Shown: positions 8,498 through 15,452 of the stretch, piece by piece
Position numbering within the stretch: the stretch's first letter is position 1
How the letters are laid out: each line of letters starts with the position of its first letter
From: a virus
Lineage: Duplodnaviria > Caudoviricetes
Virus record (IMG/VR): IMGVR_UViG_3300018073_000016
Location: 1 to 32,557 of that record
Direction: 5' to 3' (one strand)
DNA: 32,557 nt
Made by a program: the position numbers and the translations under genes
Notes under the pieces: generated by a model
Database searches by the model: none
Told to the model about the DNA's origin: nothing
Seen by the model: only the letters and a program-made list of their open reading frames with translations

Positions 8498-9128
8498 CTA
8501 TCCATCTCTTATCCGCGTGTGGTGTTCCTTCGCGTTCCGGATACCAAACATACTTGGTTTTATCGGTAATTGTCTGCTCTATCAATTTTGCAAATCTAGA
8601 CACATCTTCCTTTGTCGCAAAGTGAACGTGTATTGATTGAAATGTCGATTCTGCACTAGGCGCAAACTCCGGCATCCCTACCCATTCGGCGTTGGGGTCA
8701 TTCGGCGCAAAGCCGCTTGCTACCTGTGCCAATAACTGCTCAAGCTCCATACTGCTATACCCCGCCGCCTCGACCAATAGCGGCTCCCGCGCTTGCAGCT
8801 CTTCCAGAATAGCCGCTAGTTGCGCCTGGTCAGGGTCAGACTGGCGCGCCAGTTCGTTGTCGGCGACGACGTAGGCCAAACTTTCCGATTCGCTGAGATG
8901 GTCAACCACATCGGCGCGGATGGTGTCCCAGCCAAGCGTATGCGCCGCCAGGACGACGCCATGCCCTGCCAAGATGGTGTTGTTGCGTACAACGATGCTC
9001 CGCACCTGTCCGAACGTGGACAGGCTCTTGGCGATGCGTGCGATTTGGGCGTCGCTGTGGCGGTTATAGTTGCGCTCGTGGCCGTGAAGGTCGGCCAGGT
9101 TGATGATTTGATTCTTGACAGCTTGCAT
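8487..9128 (-). CDS. ParB/Srx-like N-terminal domain fused to a small GT-partner domain
   Basis: Likely start ATG 9128 (track uses TTG 9143). RNYNRHS..QI..I..SL..FG, ILAGHG, ADN motifs. C-terminal EWVGMPEF...VHFAT.ED..FAKLIEQ.ITDKTK..WYP. Confidence 0.8.
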   Translation of the reverse strand: MQAVKNQIINLADLHGHERNYNRHSDAQIARIAKSLSTFGQVRSIVVRNNTILAGHGVVLAAHTLGWDTIRADVVDHLSESESLAYVVADNELARQSDPDQAQLAAILEELQAREPLLVEAAGYSSMELEQLLAQVASGFAPNDPNAEWVGMPEFAPSAESTFQSIHVHFATKEDVSRFAKLIEQTITDKTKYVWYPEREGTPHADKRWIDES

Positions 9129-9213
9129 AGCCGTACCTGTCAAAATGTAGTCCCGTCTACTTGTGTACCTGTCAACATTCGTGCTATATACCTAGCAGAT
9201 AAGGAGATATACA

Positions 9214-9447
9214 ATGCCACAAATCACAGAAGCCGCTGAAGAGTTGGAGGAGCGGCGCCAGGAATACGAGCGTAAGCTAGACCAGCAGCGTGATGCTACT
9301 CTTCACCGCTGTCATATTCCTCAGACGGCGGCAGGAAAATATGCGCCGGCATCCAGGCCGGTGCTGCCCCTAGCTCATCCTCACGCTGCCGAACCTTCTC
9401 TTTGTACTTCGCCAACTCTGCTTCCAGCCATTTGCGCTCCCGATTGA
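9214..9447 (+). pseudogene. Possible truncated plus-strand gene
   Basis: Strong RBS AAGGAGATATACA-ATG and a charged helical first 28 codons, after which the frame runs antisense into the 9296-9601 gene. Confidence 0.35.
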
Positions 9448-9601
9448 GCGTGCGGATGTAGGTTCGCATCCCGGCCAGCTCAGCGGCATGGCCGCGCTTG
9501 AGTTCGCTGATGTGGGCGCGGTGGGCGCCGTCGAGCAGCAGCAGGCCCACGAAATAAACTCCCAGGTAGACGATGGCGGCGAACCAATTATCCATGCTCA
9601 T
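9296..9601 (-). CDS. Membrane-anchored coiled-coil hypothetical protein
   Basis: N-terminal TM helix then a charged coiled coil. ATGA-coupled to QueT. Confidence 0.7.
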   Translation of the reverse strand: MSMDNWFAAIVYLGVYFVGLLLLDGAHRAHISELKRGHAAELAGMRTYIRTLNRERKWLEAELAKYKEKVRQREDELGAAPAWMPAHIFLPPSEEYDSGEE

Positions 9602-10086
9602 GGCTCAATCTCCAGTAAGGGCGTCTTGCGTAGCACGGCATAACCTATCAGATAGAGTGTCGCCTCGCTGGCAAAGACCAGCGCCACCGTAGGCCACATC
9701 GGAATGCCGCCGCCCAAGTACAGCGGAAAGAGCGCCACGCCGACCGCCACAAGCGCCGCCTGCACGACCATAGCCAGCCAGGGACGGCGCCGCAACCGGT
9801 ACGCAATCAGGGCGGCGCCGTAGCTCACAATCGGCATGGCGACAAAATCCCACGGGCCGAAAGGCGACGTGATATTGGCAAGTGCCACGCCGACCGCCAG
9901 CCCTAAGCCGATGACCGGCGAGACCAACGCCAATGGCTTGAGCAGCCCGGCGAGGCGCAGTTGTAGCGGGCCAAAGCTGATCGGCGCCAGCGCAATCGTG
10001 ATCACCGCATAGGCGGCAGCCACCAGCCCCGCATACACAATCAACCTAACTTTAGTAGTGGCTCTTGGTTCTCGTACTGCTTCCAT
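9598..10086 (-). CDS. queT: QueT-family transporter (queuosine precursor S-component)
   Basis: AGLVAAAYAVITIALAPISFGPLQLRLA, G..LANITSPFGPWD, about 5 TM helices, 162 aa. Confidence 0.85.
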   Translation of the reverse strand: MEAVREPRATTKVRLIVYAGLVAAAYAVITIALAPISFGPLQLRLAGLLKPLALVSPVIGLGLAVGVALANITSPFGPWDFVAMPIVSYGAALIAYRLRRRPWLAMVVQAALVAVGVALFPLYLGGGIPMWPTVALVFASEATLYLIGYAVLRKTPLLEIEP

Positions 10087-10640
10087 GCCGCTAATGTCTT
10101 TTCAATGCCCTCAAAACGTTGGCGAGTGCCATCACAGGTAAAGCGTTCGCTGCCGGGTAAAAGTCTAAACATCTGATAGCGCCGGCGCCAGTTGACGCGT
10201 CCAATGTGGATATGTAGCCCCATCTCTTGCCCACGCTGGATCATCAGGGTGGCGGCGACGCTTTCCTTCCATGCCGTTGTGCCACCAATGAAGAGCGCCG
10301 CCGCGCTGGACGGTATATTATGCGCCTCGCTGCCATCCTGCGCCACGTAGGCCAGCGGCCAGCCATTCATTTGCGGCGCCCATTCAGCATAACGGGCCAA
10401 CGTAGCGACGGCATCGCCGACCACATCCGGCACCGCCACGAATAGACAGGTTGGGCAATAGGCGGTCATGCCGTCCAGCCATGCGCTAAAGCGTGCGCCG
10501 TCAAAGCCGGTAAAGGCGCAATTGTCGCCCGCCCACGGCAGCCCGCCGGCGATGCCGCTTGGTACGCCTTTGTGTTTGTAGCTGCCCAGGATGCCATAGA
10601 CGCCCTCACTGATGCCGCCAACTGATACCAGGAATCTCAT
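10041..10640 (-). CDS. Small TGT/DpdA-like transglycosylase-fold protein
   Basis: Ordered motifs DNCAF, PDVVGD, VAQDG, FIGG, HIGRVN, DGT parallel the TGT-family DSGxF / D / QG / GG / HxxG / catalytic D series. Overlaps queT. Confidence 0.6.
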   Translation of the reverse strand: MRFLVSVGGISEGVYGILGSYKHKGVPSGIAGGLPWAGDNCAFTGFDGARFSAWLDGMTAYCPTCLFVAVPDVVGDAVATLARYAEWAPQMNGWPLAYVAQDGSEAHNIPSSAAALFIGGTTAWKESVAATLMIQRGQEMGLHIHIGRVNWRRRYQMFRLLPGSERFTCDGTRQRFEGIEKTLAAWKQYENQEPLLKLG

Positions 10641-10799
10641 TTATCCGTAAGCCGCCCAAATCAGCATGGCGCAGACGATAATCCACAGCAGCGCCAAGCA
10701 CAGCCAACGCGTTGAATATACGCGCTGTACTTGCAGCTCGGCCAGCAGCAGCGCAAATGTAATCACGCCGAGGAAGGCCAGCAGATCGCCGCGTGGCAT
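10641..10799 (-). CDS. Small 2-TM protein (holin candidate)
   Basis: Below the track cutoff. MPRGDLLAFLGVITFALLLAELQVQRVYSTRWLCLALLWIIVCAMLIWAAYG. Its TAA directly abuts the next ATG. Confidence 0.55.
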   Translation of the reverse strand: MPRGDLLAFLGVITFALLLAELQVQRVYSTRWLCLALLWIIVCAMLIWAAYG

Positions 10800-10803
10800 G
10801 GCA

Positions 10804-10953
10804 CTAGTTGCCCGTCAAAATGCCCACATCTGTCAGCAGAATGGCGGCGGCGAACAAGAGCGGCACAAACGCCTCGGCAATATGCGCCAGGCCAAAGATG
10901 GCGCCGACGACGGCCAGCAAAAGTGATACGACAATCAGCGGACGACTCATCAT
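10804..10953 (-). CDS. Small 2-TM protein (holin candidate)
   Basis: RBS AAAGGAG then MMSRPLIVVSLLLAVVGAIFGLAHIAEAFVPLLFAAAILLTDVGILTGN. One gene downstream of the lysin. Confidence 0.6.
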   Translation of the reverse strand: MMSRPLIVVSLLLAVVGAIFGLAHIAEAFVPLLFAAAILLTDVGILTGN

Positions 10954-10963
10954 ATTGACTCCT

Positions 10964-11941
10964 TTAATCTGCCGCCAGCAACATTGGCTGCGTGCGGCGA
11001 ATACGCTCATGCGCCAGTTCGATATAGGCAGGGTTGAGGTCGATGCCCAGGCCGCGCCGCCCATGCTTGAGCGCAACGGCGACGGTTGTGCCGCTGCCGG
11101 CGAACGGGTCAAGTACCGTATCGCCCACCCTGCTACCGGCCAGGATGCAAGGCTCAACTAGCTTGGTCGGCATCGTGGCGAAGTGGGCGCCCTGATAACT
11201 TTCCGGCCCCAATGACCAAACTGACCTGCGATTTCGTGTGCTTGCCGTAACGCTATCCGTCCTGTCAGAACGATGTTGCGCCGCGCTTTGGCCAGGTAGG
11301 ATGTGATCCGAGACAGGCCCGCTACGGGCAAAGGTGGCGGCTTGTCCTGTCCATACTTGCGCCGGTTCAGCGATGGCATCCGCATCGTAGAAATAATTCG
11401 CGCTCTTGGTCAGCAAAAACACTTGCTCATGCGCCTTGGTCGGCCTGTCGGTGACGCTTTCCGGCATCGGTGCTTTCTTTGCCCATATCACCTCGCTGCG
11501 TAGCCACCAGCCATCCGCGCGTAGGGCAAAGGCGACGAGCCAGGGGATGCCAAATAAATCCTTTTGTTTAATACCAGTGGGAATAATCTTCTTTGGTTGT
11601 CCGCCCAAATGCCCGCGCCCCTTGCCGCCATAGCCAACCGTAGACGCGCTAAAGTCTTGCCCCGGATTTCCCGTGTTGGCGTAACTGTCGCCCAAATTCA
11701 GCCACAGAACGCCATCATCCCGCAGCAGCCGCCGCACTTCTCTAAACACGTCAACCAATTTGGCGACGTAGGCGTCGGGCGTTTCCTCCGTGCCAACCTC
11801 AAGCGGCTTATTAGGGTCGGCATTGTCCAAGTACGCCCTCAAGCCGAAATACGGCGGACTCGTCACGCAACATTGCACGCTGCCGGCGGGAAGCGTTCGC
11901 ATCACTTCGATGCAGTCGCCTTGTAGGAGTTGGTAATTCAT
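10964..11941 (-). CDS. DNA methyltransferase, N4C/N6A beta class (SPPY type)
   Basis: Likely start ATG 11941 (ATGA overlap). TSPPY, LWLNLGDSY, WAK..PMPESV.DRPTKAHE, HFATMP, VLDPFAGSGT. Confidence 0.93.
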   Translation of the reverse strand: MNYQLLQGDCIEVMRTLPAGSVQCCVTSPPYFGLRAYLDNADPNKPLEVGTEETPDAYVAKLVDVFREVRRLLRDDGVLWLNLGDSYANTGNPGQDFSASTVGYGGKGRGHLGGQPKKIIPTGIKQKDLFGIPWLVAFALRADGWWLRSEVIWAKKAPMPESVTDRPTKAHEQVFLLTKSANYFYDADAIAEPAQVWTGQAATFARSGPVSDHILPGQSAAQHRSDRTDSVTASTRNRRSVWSLGPESYQGAHFATMPTKLVEPCILAGSRVGDTVLDPFAGSGTTVAVALKHGRRGLGIDLNPAYIELAHERIRRTQPMLLAAD

Positions 11942-13788
11942 AGCTTCAGCCCGAGAAGAATTGCCCACGTCTGCGGGTCAACGCGGCCCTTCGGCATCGG
12001 GCAGTCCTCGCGGTACGTGCCGTCGGCGTTGTGCAGGCGAATCTCCAGGTGCAGATGCACGCCGCTGCTGTTGCCGCTTGTACCGAGCAGCCCGACCGTT
12101 GCGCCCGCCTCTAGCCGTATGCCTTCGAGCGCGCCCGGCTCGTCGAGGTGGCAATACATCGAATAGCAGCCAAGCTGAGGGTGGTCGACGCGCACGTAGT
12201 GACCATACGCCGCGTCAAAATCGGAGTACGCCACGATGCCGGCGGCGAGGCAGCGTACCGGCGTCCGTGAGGGTCTGCCGCCGAGGTCGGTTCCGTTATG
12301 GCCCCAGATGCCAAAGCGGGCATAGTTGGCGGCGTTCTCGCCCCAGTGCTGCGTGATGACCGAGCCTGGCAGGGGATGGGTCAAATCCCCTGCCGGCTCC
12401 GGTCGTGGAGGAAAGGGTGGTACGGGCACTGTAATGCCCTCGGATATTGTCCATTCGTACTCAATCCAGGTGGATGTGTGGATGCCCGGATTGCCGCCCT
12501 TGCCCATGCCGATGCCGTGGGCGGCGTCGCTGGGCGCGCCGTCATCGACCTTGATTGAGAACTCGTTGAGCGAGGCCGACATCGGGAAGTCCCAATTATA
12601 GGTCGCATACGCCTGGTCGGCCTTGCTGATGACGCGGCCGCTGCCGCTGGGCCAACTGACGAGCATCAGCACGCCGGCCACTTCCTGCTGGGCGCGCTTG
12701 ATTGTCCCTAAAATGTGGTGATCCGGCCCGACGGCATCGGCCTCAGCCTCGTCGAGCCAGGTCGCCGAGGTGATGCGCCAGTAGCCTACGCCTTCCGGCG
12801 GCTTGGCAAAGTCGAAATGCACGCCGCGGGCGATCAGGCGCGGGTCGATGTCCCGCGTTGGCTCAGGCGGTGGCGGTGTTGGCCGTGGCGGCTCAGGTTG
12901 TGGGTTGGGTGGCGTCGGGCGTGGCGGCTCCGGCAACTCCGGTAGCGGCGAGATGTAGCCGTGGCGTACAGCGTCGCTAAAATCGTCCTGCACGCCGTCT
13001 TTGTTGTGCAGCTCGTACTTATCGCCGCGCCAGCGGTAGAGCGCCAGGCTGCACACCTTCTGCGTGCCGGGCGTCATGTTGTGTTCGTTGACCGACTGAT
13101 AGGCGTTTTGCACCCAACCCGTATTGCCATCGAGCCAGGCGTCGTCGCCCTGGTCGGTTTCGGTCACATGCACCGGCCGCGTGGCAAACTTGGGCGGGAT
13201 CGCCTGAATCGTCTGGTAGATAACCGGGAAGTGCCAGTACCAGCCGTGCTGCTTCTCCATCGACCAAATCAGATTGGGGTCGGCGCCGTGCGTGTATCCG
13301 TGTACCGCCAGGCCGTCACAATCGACGATGGCGGCCAGCATCTGCTTGTAATAGCTCAGCCAGTCGATGCCGCTGGTATTGTCCCACGGCGCCACAGCGG
13401 CGGTCAGCACCTCGGCATCGGGCCGTTCGTAGGTGATCGCCTGGTAGCACAGGTTGAAGCAGTCGGCGTAATCTTCCGGCTCAATCGTGTCGCCACCAGG
13501 CCATTCCTGGCGATGGTTCGGCTCGTTGGCGACGATAAAGACGTTGACCGCTGGACAGCGGGCGGCGAAGGCGGCGCAGCGTTTGGCAAAGGCCGGATAG
13601 TCGGGGCGCAGTGGGATGGTGCCGTTGGGATACCAGCCGTGATTGAGCCGCACAATCCAGTTGATGTCCGAGCGTATGGCGCCATAGTTGGGCGGTTCGT
13701 CCGTGACCAATACGGCATCGACGCAATAGCCGCCGGCGGGAACGATGGCGTGGCCGTCACGGTCGTGGACGGAGTAGAGCAGCGCCAT
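11938..13788 (-). CDS. Putative endolysin: GH-A-like TIM barrel + Pro linker + unknown domain + M23 peptidase
   Basis: ANEPN, VHGY and VTETD (clan GH-A-like), Pro-rich linker, C-terminal HNGTD, YGHYVRVDH, YCHL and SSGVHLHLE. Confidence 0.8.
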   Translation of the reverse strand: MALLYSVHDRDGHAIVPAGGYCVDAVLVTDEPPNYGAIRSDINWIVRLNHGWYPNGTIPLRPDYPAFAKRCAAFAARCPAVNVFIVANEPNHRQEWPGGDTIEPEDYADCFNLCYQAITYERPDAEVLTAAVAPWDNTSGIDWLSYYKQMLAAIVDCDGLAVHGYTHGADPNLIWSMEKQHGWYWHFPVIYQTIQAIPPKFATRPVHVTETDQGDDAWLDGNTGWVQNAYQSVNEHNMTPGTQKVCSLALYRWRGDKYELHNKDGVQDDFSDAVRHGYISPLPELPEPPRPTPPNPQPEPPRPTPPPPEPTRDIDPRLIARGVHFDFAKPPEGVGYWRITSATWLDEAEADAVGPDHHILGTIKRAQQEVAGVLMLVSWPSGSGRVISKADQAYATYNWDFPMSASLNEFSIKVDDGAPSDAAHGIGMGKGGNPGIHTSTWIEYEWTISEGITVPVPPFPPRPEPAGDLTHPLPGSVITQHWGENAANYARFGIWGHNGTDLGGRPSRTPVRCLAAGIVAYSDFDAAYGHYVRVDHPQLGCYSMYCHLDEPGALEGIRLEAGATVGLLGTSGNSSGVHLHLEIRLHNADGTYREDCPMPKGRVDPQTWAILLGLKL

Positions 13789-14576
13789 TAGGCCGCCCCT
13801 TCCATCTCAAACAAGGGCAATTGCATAGCGGCCTCGTCAATGCGCTTCTGGGCGATGGCGAAATAGGTTGGGTCAAGTTCCACGCCGATAAACCGCCGTC
13901 CCTCTTTGATGGCTGCAACTCCCGTTGTGCCGCTGCCCATCGTGAAATCTAGTACCGTATCGCCCGCGTTGGTGTAGGTGCGGATGAGGTACTCGTAAAG
14001 GGCGACAGGCTTTTGGGTTGGGTGAACGCGCAAAGTGTTATTGCATTCGCCAACCTGAAACGGCAATCGAATTACACTCAGTGGATAGCGGGAATTGCCA
14101 TCGGCTTTGTGCGAAAATTCCTTGGCGTAATCTTGCCGACAACCTATAGCAAACTCACGCGGAGCGGTTCCTCGATTGCCGTTTGGCTTGCCTTTGTCCC
14201 ACATAACAGGGTTGTATTTATGGCCTGTTTGCCCAAAAACCAATATGCTTTCGTGACTTCGCTTTGGCGCAATTCGGGAATGCAAAGGGCTTGACGCGCT
14301 CTGCTTGTCCCACACCCATTCATGCCGAAATTGCTCAACGTTGCTCATAATCAAGCGACTCGCAAACGGTTGACTTGCCGTCGTGACAAATGCGCCTCTT
14401 GGCTTGAGTAGGCGTTTCACCTGCTCCCACATCTCATCAAGCGGAATTATACTGTCCCACTTACACGCCGTTTGACCGTTGCCATAGGGCAAGTCAGTAA
14501 TCACCGCGTCCACGCTTCCCGCCTCAAGCGTCGGCAAGATGTCGAGGCAATCGCCCTGTATCAATTGGTACGCCAT
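13788..14576 (-). CDS. DNA methyltransferase, N6A/N4C beta class (DLPY type)
   Basis: TDLPYG, WDSIIPL, ASQPF, HPTQKPVAL.EYLIRTYTN, VLDFTMGSGTT. Confidence 0.93.
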   Translation of the reverse strand: MAYQLIQGDCLDILPTLEAGSVDAVITDLPYGNGQTACKWDSIIPLDEMWEQVKRLLKPRGAFVTTASQPFASRLIMSNVEQFRHEWVWDKQSASSPLHSRIAPKRSHESILVFGQTGHKYNPVMWDKGKPNGNRGTAPREFAIGCRQDYAKEFSHKADGNSRYPLSVIRLPFQVGECNNTLRVHPTQKPVALYEYLIRTYTNAGDTVLDFTMGSGTTGVAAIKEGRRFIGVELDPTYFAIAQKRIDEAAMQLPLFEMEGAA

Positions 14577-14577
14577 T

Positions 14578-14760
14578 CTAGTTCTGCCTCTTGTTGTAAT
14601 CGACCACAGCCATCTCCTGCCGCTGCTGGGCGAGCTGTTCCAGGATGGCGTCCAGCGTGCGGCGGATCATATACAGCTCATCCTGGATATGCACCAGGCG
14701 ACCGAGGATGTCGGCCTGCGTGATGAGTTCCACGCGCTCCGTGCGTAGGTTGTCCTCCAT
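14578..14760 (-). CDS. Hypothetical coiled-coil protein
   Basis: 60 aa, RBS AGGAGG, tightly packed in the operon. Confidence 0.6.
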   Translation of the reverse strand: MEDNLRTERVELITQADILGRLVHIQDELYMIRRTLDAILEQLAQQRQEMAVVDYNKRQN

Positions 14761-14942
14761 TAGGCCGCCCTCCTAAATCGCTGCTGGCCGTGACAGTGGG
14801 CGCATTTCTCGTCCCGGCAGGTGTGGAAACGATGCCGTCTATCGCCGCGCAATACGCATTGCCCACCACATGGCGCGGCAGAGCGACAGGCCATGTCAAG
14901 CGTGGTCGGATAGGGTGGCGGTGGCAGTTTTTCACGTGTCAT
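14760..14942 (-). CDS. Small Cys/His-rich putative Zn-binding protein
   Basis: C..AAPCGGQC...HRFHTC...CAHCH. ATGA and TAATG couplings on both sides. Confidence 0.6.
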   Translation of the reverse strand: MTREKLPPPPYPTTLDMACRSAAPCGGQCVLRGDRRHRFHTCRDEKCAHCHGQQRFRRAA

Positions 14943-15133
14943 AGTTGGGCCTTCTTGAGCGCATCGAGCGAACGCCTCAATTGCTCAATGATGATCGCCT
15001 GCACTCGGCTTTGCTGGTCGTACATCTCGATCAGCTTGGCGATGGCGCGGGTATGGCTGCGATCCAATAGGTAGAGCGCCAACGCGGCGACAGAGGTGTA
15101 CCCGACGATCCAACCGGCAACATTCCAATCCAT
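14939..15133 (-). CDS. Membrane-anchored coiled-coil protein, first gene of the late arm
   Basis: Likely start ATG 15133 (MDWNVAGWIVG...). One TM helix plus an amphipathic helix. Confidence 0.6.
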   Translation of the reverse strand: MDWNVAGWIVGYTSVAALALYLLDRSHTRAIAKLIEMYDQQSRVQAIIIEQLRRSLDALKKAQL

Positions 15134-15154
15134 GATTTGCGTTTTACGGTGGAG

Positions 15155-15317
15155 AAATAAAAAAACGGCTGGCGGTGTGGATATACCGGGCAACCGTTCA
15201 GCGCAGCCGTATAGAGGCTTTGATGGAGGCGGCGAAGAACAACAGAAGTCGGGCCGCCGCGTAAACGGTTGCCCGACTTCTACCGGCTATGATAGACCCA
15301 TGCGCGCGCTATGTCAA
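15155..15317 (-). promoter_or_regulatory. Putative late promoter plus structured attenuator-like leader
   Basis: TTGACA (15317-15312), 17 bp, TATCAT (15294-15289). The leader has overlapping inverted repeats and ends in a U-tract. Confidence 0.65.
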
Positions 15318-15452
15318 CCAACTGTGAACCATAAACACGCGTAGCCATATTGAGCGCGCCGGCAGACGCCACCGGCCGCCGTTCCCGCCTGGCCCCGCCG
15401 CCCAAACGGGACGGGACGAGGCCGTGACGGGTCGGTTAGTGGCTGGGCTTGG

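Noticed and set aside
10641-10800. preQ1 riboswitch upstream of the TGT-like/queT pair
   Set aside because: The region is fully occupied by a coupled small ORF, and no preQ1 aptamer stem with A-rich tail is visible.
12961-13791. 276-aa plus-strand ORF
   Set aside because: Mirror frame of the lysin gene with no independent signals.
10964-14576. Restriction-modification system
   Set aside because: No endonuclease is recognisable near either MTase, so they are treated as orphan phage MTases.
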